Source: an uncultured Candidatus Binatia bacterium
GTDB lineage: Bacteria; Desulfobacterota; Binatia; UBA9968; JAJDTQ01
Length of the DNA: 64,000 bases
Reading direction: 5' to 3'
Assembly (NCBI GenBank): GCA_964291295.2
Contig: OZ219754.1
Coordinates: forward strand, 2,976,001 to 3,040,000
How positions within the stretch are numbered: the first letter of the stretch is position 1; the number at the start of each line of letters is the position of its first letter. Of the stretch, positions 39,018-48,800 are shown piece after piece. Both the position numbers and the translations under genes were made by a program. The notes beneath the pieces were generated by a model, which saw only the letters and a list, made by a program, of their open reading frames with translations, ran no database searches and was not told the origin of the DNA.

Positions 39018-41006
39018 TCAGATAGGCCCCAGGGGCCATGGCAGACCGGCGACGGTGTGCTGCAGCAGACCCTCGGGAAGATCCAGCGTCATCAACCACG
39101 ACAGGAACATCAGCATCAGGTCGGCCATGCCCGTCAGCAACACGGCCCGGGTCCATCCCACCCTGGCTTCCTTTCGCAGGAACGCGATGAAGAAGAGGTT
39201 CAGGGAGATGAAGAATCCAGCCAGCGCGGTCACCCCCAACAGCGCGAGCAGCCAGTTGAGGTAGTACCAGATTCCCTTGTCGGGAGGCCGGTGCCCTTCC
39301 ACCCCTGGGCGTTCGCCATCCTCGTTGTAGGCATTGGGGCCGCCCATGCTCTGGCGGATGCCGCGCAGCACCACGAGGCTCGCCCCGAGCATCACGACTC
39401 CCACACTGGCCGGGAAGACTGCGCCCAGCAGACTGTGCCGGAGCGAGTCGCCCAGCGAAAGGACGAATACGGCCGTGACGAAGCCGGCGAACAGCAGTTG
39501 CGGTGTCAGGTTCCGGGCATCGCGCCGGGGCGCATCGGCGTCGGACTCGCCCCGCGGCCGGTTGCGCGCGCCGAGCCAGATGGAGGCGACGATGATGGCG
39601 GCGATGATCAGGACCCCCGGACGGGTGGCGAACCCCCACTCATGGAACTGGATCGCCTGGTAGAGGTAGGTCTCCACCTGGTCCGCCAGCACGAAGCCGA
39701 TGAGCATGGCCGGCCGCGACCAGCCGAAACGCCTCATGCCCACACCCAGCAGGCCGACCGCCACCAGGGCGACGAAGTCCATGAGGTCGCGGCTCGCCTG
39801 AAACGCGGCGAACGAGATCACCATGAGCATGAACGGGGCCAGCAGATGGTAGCGCAGGGTGGTCAGCCGCGCGATGGCCGGAGACAGCAGCAGGCACAGG
39901 CCGGCGCCGACGACGTTGGCCAAGGCCAGGCTCCAGACGATGGTGTAGGTGGTGGACAGTTCGGCGGTGAGGAGCCTCGGGCTGGGTTCCAGGCCGATCA
40001 GTACCAGGCCGCCGATGAAGACCGCCATGCTGCCGCTTCCCGGGATGCCGAACAGCAGCGTGGGTATGAGCCCGCCCCCCTCCTTGGCGTTGTTGGCCGA
40101 CTCCGGCGCCAGTACGCCGCGGATGTCGCCGCTGCCGAACTGCGATTTGTCCCGCGCGGTCTGGACCACGTGGCCGTAGGCGATCCAGTCCACCACCGAG
40201 CCGCCGAGGCCGGGAATGGCGCCGATGAGGGTGCCGATGCCGGCGCACCGCAGGCACAGCCAGCGGTAGCGGATCATGTCCCGGAGACCGCCCAGCCAAC
40301 CCGTCCCCAGCGCGTGGGCGCGGGAGATGGCGCCGGCGCCGCGCAGGAGATCCACTACCTCCGGCAACGCGAATATCCCGAGGCCCACCACCACCAGGGG
40401 AATGCCGTCCCCCAAGTAGTCCACTCCGAACACCAGCCGCTCCTCACCGGTGGCCGGGGCGCCGCCGATGGAGCCGACGACCAGTCCCAGCCCGCAGGAG
40501 GCCACCCCCTTCCAGATGCACCGGCCCGAGAGCACCCCCACCATGGAGATGCCCAGCACCGCGAGCATGAACAGCTCCGCGGTGGTGAAGAACAGGATCA
40601 CGGGCCTGGCGATGAGGACGAAGAAGGTCAGGATGACGGCGCCGAACAGACCGCCCAACAGCGAGGCGGAGAACGCGGCGCCCAAGGCGCGCGCCGCCTC
40701 GCCCTTCCGGGCCAGCGGAAAGCCGTCCAGCACCGTGGCTTGGGAGGCGCTGGAGCCTGGAATACCCATCAACACGGACGTGAAGGTATCCGAGGTGGGA
40801 ATGACCGCCACCAGGCCCACCAGCATGGCCAACGCCGAAACCGGGTCCATGCCGTGCAGGAAGGGGATCAGCAGCGACAGGCCGACGATGCCCCCCAACC
40901 CCGGGAAGATGCCCACCACCAGACCCAGCAGCACGCCCACCACCAGGAAGACCATGTGCTGTGCCTGCAACAGGGTCGAAAAGGCTTCGATGAGCGCATC
41001 CCACAT
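39018..41006 (-). CDS. tctA: TTT large permease TctA with fused TctB-like C-terminal TM region
   Basis: GIPGSSASQATVLDGFP, GVLAPESANNAKEGG..PTLLFGIPGS; 662 aa with about 4 extra TM helices ending ..LPEGLL. Confidence 0.88.
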   Translation of the reverse strand: MWDALIEAFSTLLQAQHMVFLVVGVLLGLVVGIFPGLGGIVGLSLLIPFLHGMDPVSALAMLVGLVAVIPTSDTFTSVLMGIPGSSASQATVLDGFPLARKGEAARALGAAFSASLLGGLFGAVILTFFVLIARPVILFFTTAELFMLAVLGISMVGVLSGRCIWKGVASCGLGLVVGSIGGAPATGEERLVFGVDYLGDGIPLVVVGLGIFALPEVVDLLRGAGAISRAHALGTGWLGGLRDMIRYRWLCLRCAGIGTLIGAIPGLGGSVVDWIAYGHVVQTARDKSQFGSGDIRGVLAPESANNAKEGGGLIPTLLFGIPGSGSMAVFIGGLVLIGLEPSPRLLTAELSTTYTIVWSLALANVVGAGLCLLLSPAIARLTTLRYHLLAPFMLMVISFAAFQASRDLMDFVALVAVGLLGVGMRRFGWSRPAMLIGFVLADQVETYLYQAIQFHEWGFATRPGVLIIAAIIVASIWLGARNRPRGESDADAPRRDARNLTPQLLFAGFVTAVFVLSLGDSLRHSLLGAVFPASVGVVMLGASLVVLRGIRQSMGGPNAYNEDGERPGVEGHRPPDKGIWYYLNWLLALLGVTALAGFFISLNLFFIAFLRKEARVGWTRAVLLTGMADLMLMFLSWLMTLDLPEGLLQHTVAGLPWPLGPI

Positions 41007-41086
41007 CTGCCGGCCCCTACGCTTCGGCCCGCCGCCCGCGGTGGCTCATTGTCAGGAACATGGTACCGCCTCGGCATCCGAAACAA

Positions 41087-41117
41087 GCGAGGGCGGCGCG
41101 AGACCCGCCGCCCTCGC
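41087..41117 (-). terminator. Intrinsic terminator/stabiliser hairpin between tctC and tctA
   Basis: Perfect 12-bp stem GCGAGGGCGGCG/CGCCGCCCTCGC followed by TTGTTT on the minus strand. Confidence 0.65.
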
Positions 41118-41182
41118 CAACGGGCAGGACGCCCTTCGGAGTGCGCTCACATCACTCCGGACATGCGCCAGCAGGCCGGCCG

Positions 41183-42283
41183 TCAGAACACGACGCTGTA
41201 CTTCGTCGTCAGCCAGTTCCGCACCCATGCCCTGGCCTCGGGCGGAACCCGGGTGGCCGCATTGAACTTGAGCTCGGCCGCCGCGCCGGTAACCTGGTCG
41301 TAGTTGCCGATCTTCTTGCCCTTGGTGGCCCTGTATTCGGGGTCCGCGAACATCCGGGTGAACGCCGCCTGGTAGGCCCGCACCACGTCTTCGGGTGTCT
41401 CCTTGGGAACCACGATGAACTTCTGTGCCGGAAATCCCGCGGTGAAGAAGGCCTTCCACGCGTCGAACCAGGTGCCGGACGGCTTCTCGCCCTTGACCTG
41501 CGCGTACACCTCCGCGAAGTGCGGCAGGTCCGGGAAGTTCGGGTCGCGGACCAGGTTGCCCTTGGCGTCGAGGGCGCCCCAGGACATGACGGGTATGGCG
41601 CTGCCCTCCTTCACCAGCGGCGTCACCTTGGACAGGTAGGCCGCGGAGGTCTGGTAATCGATGCTGGTCTCGCCGGTCATGAACGCCTTGCGGCCGGCCG
41701 AGCGGCCCTTCATGCCGAATACCGCCTTGACGTTCAGACCGAGCATCTCGAACGCCAGCAGCGGAACCAGGTCCAGCGAAGTGGCACCCTGGGAGCCGTA
41801 CTTGAGGGGCGGGTTCTTCCGGACCAGCTCGGCGGCGGTCCTGACGCCGAGCTTCGGCGTGATGTAGACGACGCCGCCCGTGGCATAGGCCAGCAAGGGC
41901 CGCCACTTGCCGTAGTCGTACTTGACCCGCTTGTCCCCCAGCAGGAAAGGGAACTGGGTCGAGCCCGAGGTGCCGAACAGGTGCAGACCGTCGGGCCTGG
42001 CGCGTTTGGCATACAAGTTCGCGCCCTTGGTGGAGCCGCCGCCCGGCACGAACTTGAGCCGGATGTCGGCACCCGAGTGTTTGCGGAGAAACGGTTCCAC
42101 GAAACGGGCCCAACGGCCGGAACCACCACCCTCCTTGAAGGGAATGGTCCAGGAAACGGTCTTGCCGGCGAGGTCGGCCGCGGCAACGTTGAACGCCGGC
42201 CATGCCAGGGCCAGCGCGATGACCGCCACCATCCCGTTGACGAAACAACCAAAACGTCTCTGCATTCTGTCACGTCTCTGCAT
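41183..42283 (-). CDS. TTT substrate-binding protein (TctC-like)
   Basis: Signal peptide; AGKTVSWTIPFKEGGGS..WAR, PGGGSTKGAN, PDGL; GGGAGG SD. Confidence 0.88.
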   Translation of the reverse strand: MQRRDRMQRRFGCFVNGMVAVIALALAWPAFNVAAADLAGKTVSWTIPFKEGGGSGRWARFVEPFLRKHSGADIRLKFVPGGGSTKGANLYAKRARPDGLHLFGTSGSTQFPFLLGDKRVKYDYGKWRPLLAYATGGVVYITPKLGVRTAAELVRKNPPLKYGSQGATSLDLVPLLAFEMLGLNVKAVFGMKGRSAGRKAFMTGETSIDYQTSAAYLSKVTPLVKEGSAIPVMSWGALDAKGNLVRDPNFPDLPHFAEVYAQVKGEKPSGTWFDAWKAFFTAGFPAQKFIVVPKETPEDVVRAYQAAFTRMFADPEYRATKGKKIGNYDQVTGAAAELKFNAATRVPPEARAWVRNWLTTKYSVVF

Positions 42284-42289
42284 TCTGTC
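42254..42289. repeat. 18-bp tandem duplication ACGTCTCTGCATTCTGTC x2 spanning the start codon
   Basis: Read directly; gives MQRRDR-MQRR. Confidence 0.9.
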
Positions 42290-42468
42290 CGTCCTCCCTT
42301 GGGCAACTGACGATTCAACCGACGGTCCGGTCGGAAATGGTTCGTGGCAACTTAGTAGAACCCGTCGTCTTCCGCAAGCTCGACGATTCGCACCGCAGCC
42401 GGGCGCGGTGGACAGCCGCGAGAGAAAGCTGCTAGCACTTGAGGATCTCACGCCGCCGGAGAATCCGC

Positions 42469-43530
42469 ATGCCGCTGATGATCGACAACAGCATTGCCGA
42501 GCGGGCGCTCGACATGAACGACGCCATCGACGCCATGGAAAGCGCGCTCAAGCAGCTCGCGGCAGGTGACGCCGTCTACCAGCCACGGACCGACCTGTGG
42601 TCGCCCACCGCCACGGTGGGCGACTACTTCCGCTGGGGCTCGCTCCTGGGCGCCATCAAGGAGCCGCCGATCCTGGCTTTCCGCTTCAAGCTGGACATCA
42701 TGACCTGGCAGGAGTACAGCGGCGCGGTCACGGAGCACTGGTTCAACGTGGAGCCGGGCAAGTACTGCGGCATCATCCTGCTGGTGGACACCCGCACCGG
42801 CGAGCTGCTGTGCATCATGAACGACGGCTATCTGCAGAGCTATCGCGTGGGCGCCACCGCGGGCGTCGGGGTCCGGCACCTCTCCCGGCCCGACTCCAGG
42901 GTCATGGGCGTTCTGGGTTCCGGCGCCATGGCCCGCACCTACGCCATGGCCACCTGCGCGGTCCGGCCCATCGAGCACATCAAGATATTCAGCCCCACCC
43001 GGGCCAACCGGGAAGCCTGGGCCACGAGGATGGCGGAGGTGCTGAAGATCAGGGTGACGGCGGTGAACACGGCCCGGGAGGCCATGAGCGGCGTCGACAT
43101 CGGCGCCACCTGCACGGACTCGCGCGTCCCGCTGTTCCAGGCCGACTGGCTGCAGACCGGCATGCACGTGGTGGACGTGCGGCCCGAGGAGCTGGAGGGG
43201 GAGACCTACGAGAAGGCCGACGTCGTCATCGGCACTTCCAACCAGGCGGTCCTCAACTACGCCTTGGGCACCCGGGAGGAACGCGACCGGCGCCCCATCG
43301 ACGACAACTATCGCCGGCGCTACACCAGCCGGAATCACACCACCCTGTCCGAGCTGCTCAACGGTGACAAGCCCGGCCGGGAGAATGACTCCCAGACCAC
43401 CCTCCACCACAACTTCTCCGCCGGCATCCAGTTCGCCGCGGTGGGCTACCTCGTCTACCGTTACGCCAGGGACAACGGTCTCGGCCGCGAACTGCCGCTG
43501 GAGTGGTTCCAGCAGGACATTCGAAACTGA
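42469..43530 (+). CDS. Ornithine cyclodeaminase/mu-crystallin family
   Basis: YRVGATAGVG..LSRPDS, GVLGSGAMA, FSPTRANRE, GIQFAAV. Confidence 0.9.
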   Translation: MPLMIDNSIAERALDMNDAIDAMESALKQLAAGDAVYQPRTDLWSPTATVGDYFRWGSLLGAIKEPPILAFRFKLDIMTWQEYSGAVTEHWFNVEPGKYCGIILLVDTRTGELLCIMNDGYLQSYRVGATAGVGVRHLSRPDSRVMGVLGSGAMARTYAMATCAVRPIEHIKIFSPTRANREAWATRMAEVLKIRVTAVNTAREAMSGVDIGATCTDSRVPLFQADWLQTGMHVVDVRPEELEGETYEKADVVIGTSNQAVLNYALGTREERDRRPIDDNYRRRYTSRNHTTLSELLNGDKPGRENDSQTTLHHNFSAGIQFAAVGYLVYRYARDNGLGRELPLEWFQQDIRN

Positions 43531-43621
43531 CGGTCCGGCGGGTCGATGAGTACGCGCCGGATCGATTGCCGTTGGCGAGACGGCATGCCCCGGTCGAGGA
43601 CCGGGGCGTGATCCCGCGCCC

Positions 43622-44497
43622 ATGACACTGCTGCCCCAGGCCCTGGGTCTGCTGACGGCATGGACCTACGGCGCCAGCATCATCTCGGCGCGCCGGGGTC
43701 TTCAGTATTCCAACGCCAGCACGGTCACCCTGCTCTCGCTGATCTCCCAGACCGTGCTCCTGTGGAGCCTCGTGGCGGCCTTCACCGGCGTCCCGGACAT
43801 CGGCACGGACTTTCTTCGGGCGGCCATTGCGGCGGGAGTCCTGATGCCGGTGGTGCGCTGGCTCACCTATACGGGGATCTCGAAGATCGGCGCGGCTCGG
43901 GGCACGGCGTTGCGCTCCACCCATCCGCTCTTCAGCGCCCTGCTGGCACTGACGTTTCTGGGCGAAACCGCCGTCACCCCGGTGTTGGCCGGAATCGTTC
44001 TGATCGTGGCGGGCATCGCGCTGCTCTCCTGGCGGGAAGAGAAAACGGTCACTCCGGCGCGCTGGTGGCACGGCGTCTACTCGCTTTCCGGGGCGGTGTC
44101 GGCCGCGGCGGTGCACAACATCGCCCGCTTCTCGCTCAAGACCGCGGCCTTCCCGATCCTGTTCTGCGCCATCGTCGGCGCCGTGTCGCTGACGACCTTC
44201 GCCGCCTGTCTGGCGTTGGCCGCCACCCCCCATCGACCCTCCTGGGACCGGCGGGCCGTGAGGCCGTTCCTCGCCGCGGCGTTGCTGGAAAACCTCGGTT
44301 TTCTTCTGTTCAACACCGCCCTCAGCGTGGGGCCCGTGGTGGTGGTGACCCCCCTGGTCGCCACCCAGCCCATGTGGGTGCTGGTCTTCACCATGGCATT
44401 TCTTCGCAGCGTCGAAATGGTGACGCTTCGGACCACAGGCGGCAGTCTCGCGGTGGTGGCGGGGACGCTGGCCATCACCCTGGGAGCCGCCTCGTAG
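43622..44497 (+). CDS. EamA/DMT family transporter
   Basis: Two 5-TM repeats; GAARGT..PLFSALLA..FLGE. Confidence 0.88.
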   Translation: MTLLPQALGLLTAWTYGASIISARRGLQYSNASTVTLLSLISQTVLLWSLVAAFTGVPDIGTDFLRAAIAAGVLMPVVRWLTYTGISKIGAARGTALRSTHPLFSALLALTFLGETAVTPVLAGIVLIVAGIALLSWREEKTVTPARWWHGVYSLSGAVSAAAVHNIARFSLKTAAFPILFCAIVGAVSLTTFAACLALAATPHRPSWDRRAVRPFLAAALLENLGFLLFNTALSVGPVVVVTPLVATQPMWVLVFTMAFLRSVEMVTLRTTGGSLAVVAGTLAITLGAAS

Positions 44498-44561
44498 CGG
44501 TTCCGAGCCAGCCCCGACGATGGCGCGCAAAGGAAACCGAGGAGGAAGCAGCGGCGGTGTC

Positions 44562-45815
44562 ATGGATGCATCAATGAGACCCAGGGCCAAGCCCGCGCTG
44601 CTGGCACCCCGCGTGCTGCGCAACTTCCTGCTGCTGTACGGCGGCACGCTCCTTTCGGGTCTGGGCTGGGGCATGGTGCTGCCCACCCTTCCGGTGCTGG
44701 CCGGATCCTTCGACGTCTCACTGGGCGCCGCGGCCCAGACGGTTACCGCCTGGGCCGCAGGCCGGTTCTTCGGCACCCCGGTGAGCGGCATCCTGCTCGA
44801 CCGGACCGGACCGCGGGTGATGATGGTGGGAGGCGCGGCCGTCACCAGCGTGGCCGCCGCGGGCGCCTTCGCAAGCCCCGCCTTCGGCTGGCTGCTGCTG
44901 GCGGCCTTCGTCATCGGCGCCGCCGACGCGGTGTGGAACCTGGGCCGCGAGGTGGCGGGCATCGACCTCACCACCCGGAACCAGCGGGGACGGGTCATGA
45001 GCGGCTTTCACGGCGTCCATAACGCCGGGCTCACCTTGGGACCGCTGGCGGGCGGTCTCCTCACCGTGGCCGCCGGTTTCCGCTACGTGTTCGTCGCCTA
45101 CGCCCTGTTGGCGGCCATGGCCGCCCTGTGCGGCCTGGCGGTGGATCGGCCCGCTCACGCGGGCGGCCCCATGCCGCAGCCGCCCGTCCGCAGCCCCTTC
45201 CGGGGCTTCGGGATCCGTGGCCGGATCGTCGCGTTGTACCGTGAGGTGGCACCGCCGCTTCGCCGCACCTACGCGGTCCTGGTGGCCGCCACCAGCGCCA
45301 GCCTGATGTGCCGGCTCACCCTCCAGAGCATGCTGCCCCTCTATGCCGGCGGCCATCTGGGTTTCAGCCCGGTGGAGGTGGGCACCCTCTTTTCCATCTC
45401 CGGAGTGGTGGTCTTCTTCATGATCGTGCCGGCGGGATTCGTCCTCGACAAGGTGGGAAGGAAGTGGGCCACGGTGCCCAGCACCGTGATTCCGGCCGTG
45501 GTCTTTCTCATGATCCCGCTGGCTGACACCTTTTCCCAACTGGCCGTGCTGGTAGCGCTGATGGGGGTCGCCAACGGGCTCTCCCTGGGCTGTCTCGCCA
45601 CTTCCACCTATGACGTGGCGCCGCGGCACGTACGGGGCCGCCTTCAGGCCATGCGCCGGACCCTTGCCGACCTGGCGGGTCTGGGGGCGCCGCTGGGCGG
45701 CGGCATGCTCGCCAACGCGTTCCACCCCGGAGTCCCGTTCGTGGCCCTGACCCCGGTCCTGTGGTTGTCGGCGCTGCTGCTGGCCTTCGTGGCCAGGGAG
45801 ACGCTGGAGCGTTGA
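44562..45815 (+). CDS. MFS transporter
   Basis: GILLDRTGPR and GFVLDKVGRK motif A; about 12 TM. Confidence 0.9.
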   Translation: MDASMRPRAKPALLAPRVLRNFLLLYGGTLLSGLGWGMVLPTLPVLAGSFDVSLGAAAQTVTAWAAGRFFGTPVSGILLDRTGPRVMMVGGAAVTSVAAAGAFASPAFGWLLLAAFVIGAADAVWNLGREVAGIDLTTRNQRGRVMSGFHGVHNAGLTLGPLAGGLLTVAAGFRYVFVAYALLAAMAALCGLAVDRPAHAGGPMPQPPVRSPFRGFGIRGRIVALYREVAPPLRRTYAVLVAATSASLMCRLTLQSMLPLYAGGHLGFSPVEVGTLFSISGVVVFFMIVPAGFVLDKVGRKWATVPSTVIPAVVFLMIPLADTFSQLAVLVALMGVANGLSLGCLATSTYDVAPRHVRGRLQAMRRTLADLAGLGAPLGGGMLANAFHPGVPFVALTPVLWLSALLLAFVARETLER

Positions 45816-45998
45816 ACCCGCGGCCAGCGTCCTTCCGCCACGGGTTGCGCGCGGCGACATCGTCACTATATTGAGAGCATCCGGGCGCGACTCCGTCGTC
45901 GCCACCCCGCGCGCCCCGGCAATGGCACGGAGGCGCCATTTCGGTGAGACCATTTCGGAGGCGACGTGTCGCACACGCCGCTCTCAAGGGAGAAACCC

Positions 45999-46451
45999 AT
46001 GCGCGTACAACTGGCCCTCAATGTCGCCGACCTCGAACAGGCCATCACGTTCTATTCCAGGCTGTTCGGAACGCCCGTCCACAAGCGCAGGCCGGGCTAC
46101 GCCAACTTCGCCATCGACGATCCACCGCTCAAGCTCGTCCTGTTCGAGCGCGCCGGGGCCGAGGAACGGCTGAACCACCTGGGCGTGGAGGTCTTTCGGG
46201 ACGAGGATGTCTCCACCGCGACGGAGCGCTTCAAGGCCGCCGCCATCGACCATCGGGTCGAAGGCGAGACGCACTGCTGCCACGCCACCCAGAACAAGGT
46301 ATGGGCCAGGGAGCCTGAAGGGTTGCGCTGGGAGTGGTACCGGATCACCGACGACACCGATGCCCTTTTTCCCGAGCCGGAGCCGCCCGCGGAGAAACGG
46401 CGGCCCGCGGACTGCTGCGCGCCCGCCGGACCCGAGCGGCCCGGGGCCTGA
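45999..46451 (+). CDS. ArsI/CadI-like VOC (glyoxalase) protein
   Basis: VQLALNVADLE..FYSRLFG..KRRPGYANFAI..PPLKLVL..LNHLGVEV..THCCHATQNKVW..WEWY. Confidence 0.88.
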   Translation: MRVQLALNVADLEQAITFYSRLFGTPVHKRRPGYANFAIDDPPLKLVLFERAGAEERLNHLGVEVFRDEDVSTATERFKAAAIDHRVEGETHCCHATQNKVWAREPEGLRWEWYRITDDTDALFPEPEPPAEKRRPADCCAPAGPERPGA

Positions 46452-46463
46452 ACGGGCTTCGGC

Positions 46464-47237
46464 TCAGAGCAAGGTCGGCTCGTCCGAGCCGGCAGGTCCG
46501 CCCGGCAGGTCCGCCGTCTCCAACTGGTCGCGGAAGCGTTGGGTGGCGGCCCAGGCCGCCTCGTATCGGTCCTGACCGATACGGCCCCGCATGAGTTCCA
46601 CCCGGAGCAGGACGAAATAGGTCTGGATGACGTCCTGGCGGCAGTAGTCGTGGATCTCCGCCAGTCGGCCCGCCTCCCAGAACTCCTGGACCCGGGAGCC
46701 GTCAATGTCGCCCTTGCCGCGCAGGCCGATGAGCTTGCAGAGCAGGTCGAAGCCGCCGTGGAGGCGGTGAACGCCGTAATTGTTGATGAACTCATAGAGG
46801 TCGTAGTGGCCTTCCTCCGAGTACCGGTAGCGGTGTCCGAAGCGCTGATTGAAGTAGCGCGGTGCCCGGCAGCCGTATTTGAACGCCTGCAACTCCAGCA
46901 CCGGCAGGTCGAAGTTGCGCCCGTTGAAAGAGACCAGCGTGCCGTTGAACCGCTCCACGCGTTCCCAGAAGTCCCGGACGATGCCCTCCTCGCTGTAGTC
47001 ATCGGCGCACAGGGACTCGACGTTGGCCAGCACGACGTCGCTGTTCACGATGCCCACGGCGATGGAGACCGGCACGTGGAAGGAAACGGGGAGAAAGTCG
47101 CTGCGGGTCTCCGCCACCCGCTCGGCGCGAAGCCGTTCATAGGCCTGCCGCTCGGAGATATCCTCCCCGGGAGCACGGACCGACTTGACCAGCGCCTTGT
47201 CGATGCGAGTCTCGATATCGAAGATGGCGTACTGCAT
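46464..47237 (-). CDS. PolB-related 3'-5' exonuclease (DEDDy)
   Basis: FDIET, SFNGRNFDLPVL, YRYSEEGHYDL, DYCRQDV. Confidence 0.9.
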   Translation of the reverse strand: MQYAIFDIETRIDKALVKSVRAPGEDISERQAYERLRAERVAETRSDFLPVSFHVPVSIAVGIVNSDVVLANVESLCADDYSEEGIVRDFWERVERFNGTLVSFNGRNFDLPVLELQAFKYGCRAPRYFNQRFGHRYRYSEEGHYDLYEFINNYGVHRLHGGFDLLCKLIGLRGKGDIDGSRVQEFWEAGRLAEIHDYCRQDVIQTYFVLLRVELMRGRIGQDRYEAAWAATQRFRDQLETADLPGGPAGSDEPTLL

Positions 47238-47252
47238 CGCACCGGGCGGCGG

Positions 47253-48299
47253 CTACTCCGGCCGTACCAGCAGCACCCGGTCGGCCGGCAGTTCCAGCGG
47301 CAGGCGCACCCAGGACTCGCCTTCATCCTCGGAGACGAGAATATCGCCCTTCCCCTTCTGGTTCGCATCGCTGGAACGGCCCCGGGACACCGCGCCGAGG
47401 CCGGCGTAGACGCGCCCGGGCGCGTCCGGGTGTTGGGCCAGCGCCCAGACCATCTGCGGCATGTCATCCGGCAGCCCCCGGCCGACGCCCACCCGTTCCC
47501 AGCTCGAACCCAGGTCACGGCTGCGGAAGAGCGCCCCCCGGGCCTTCTCGGGGCGGTCCCAATAGCCCGGCGACTTGTCCGCGGCGGCCACCAGCACCAC
47601 CGGTGGCGTCCCGGGCAGGAAGACGAAATCGTGGAAATAGTCCCGGGTCATGCCGCTCTCCGCGCGCCGCCAGCCGGTGCCCGGGTCATCGCTGCGAAAG
47701 AAGCCCCGGGCGGTGGCCACGAACAGCGGCCCCGCCCCCGCCGGGGTGGTGCGGAGGTGGTGGATGTCGAGATAGTCGATGCCGCCGCTGACATCCTCGA
47801 AGGAAGCGCCGCGGTCGAAGGTGCGCACGATGCCGCCGTGCTCCAGGCAGACATGGAGCCGGCGGGGGTCGTCGGGCGACACGAAGATGTGCCGGACGTG
47901 CTCCCGATGCGGCGGGCGCGGATAGGTCCACTTGGCGCGTACCTCCGCCGGCAGTTGCTGCAAGGCCGACAACTCCTCCCAGCTCGCGCCGCCGTCCTCG
48001 CTCCGGTGGAGGTGTATGGGTTCGGTGCCCGCGTAGACCACGTCCGGGTTGCCGGGGTCCACGGTCACGGCCCGGACATTGCCGGAGAACACCGTGCGCC
48101 AGCGTTGACCGCCGTCGTCGCTGCGACAGAGCCCCGCGTCCGCCACGCTGGCGTACACCGTCTCCGGCCTCTGGACAGGGCCGTCGATGGCATCCACCGT
48201 GCCGGCCGGGAGGGTCACCGCCAGTTCCTCCCAGGTGTGCCCGCCGCCGCGCCACACCCGCAGGCCCTCCTGCGTTCCCGCCAGTATCCGTTGGGTCAT
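47253..48299 (-). CDS. BNR/Asp-box beta-propeller protein
   Basis: Repeated RSDDGGQRW, RSEDGGASW, TFDRGASF, RSRDLGSSW, SEDEGESW. Confidence 0.85.
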   Translation of the reverse strand: MTQRILAGTQEGLRVWRGGGHTWEELAVTLPAGTVDAIDGPVQRPETVYASVADAGLCRSDDGGQRWRTVFSGNVRAVTVDPGNPDVVYAGTEPIHLHRSEDGGASWEELSALQQLPAEVRAKWTYPRPPHREHVRHIFVSPDDPRRLHVCLEHGGIVRTFDRGASFEDVSGGIDYLDIHHLRTTPAGAGPLFVATARGFFRSDDPGTGWRRAESGMTRDYFHDFVFLPGTPPVVLVAAADKSPGYWDRPEKARGALFRSRDLGSSWERVGVGRGLPDDMPQMVWALAQHPDAPGRVYAGLGAVSRGRSSDANQKGKGDILVSEDEGESWVRLPLELPADRVLLVRPE

Positions 48300-48335
48300 T
48301 GCCGTTCCTCCCTGGACGCGGCCCGCGGTACTCGG

Positions 48336-48800
48336 TCAAGCCCTGGCGGTCAACTCCTTGATGGCCGCCATCACCTCCACGTAGGTGCCGCAGCGGCAGA
48401 TGTTGCCCGAAAGGTAGTCCCGCACCTCGGCCTCGTCGGGATTCGGATTCTCGTTCAGGAGTCCCTTGACCGCCATGATCATGCCCGGGGTGCAGAAGCC
48501 GCACTGGAAGGCCTGATGGTCCAGGAACGCCTGCTGCACCCGATCGAGCCTGCCGGCGTGGCCGAGGCCCTCGATGGTGAGCACCTCCCGTCCTTCCGCG
48601 TTGCTGGCCAGCATCAGGCAGGAACTCACCGGCTTGCCGTCCACCAGCACCGTGCAGGCGCCGCACACCCCCACGCTGCAACCCTCCCGGGTGCCCTTGA
48701 GCCGCAGGTCGTCGCGCAGCACCTCCAGCAGCGTCTGGTGGGACCTGACCGACAGTTCCCGCTCCCGCCCGTTGACCCTGGCGGTGATCAGGTGTCTCAT
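48336..48800 (-). CDS. Xanthine dehydrogenase-family 2Fe-2S subunit (CoxS-like)
   Basis: GCSVGVCGACTV..SCL, QCGFCTPG, GNICRCGTY. Confidence 0.95.
   Translation of the reverse strand: MRHLITARVNGRERELSVRSHQTLLEVLRDDLRLKGTREGCSVGVCGACTVLVDGKPVSSCLMLASNAEGREVLTIEGLGHAGRLDRVQQAFLDHQAFQCGFCTPGMIMAVKGLLNENPNPDEAEVRDYLSGNICRCGTYVEVMAAIKELTARA

Noticed and set aside
34388-41303. Very long plus-strand ORFs (1194 aa and 1254 aa)
   Set aside because: Antisense shadows of the RND and tctA genes, expected in high-GC DNA
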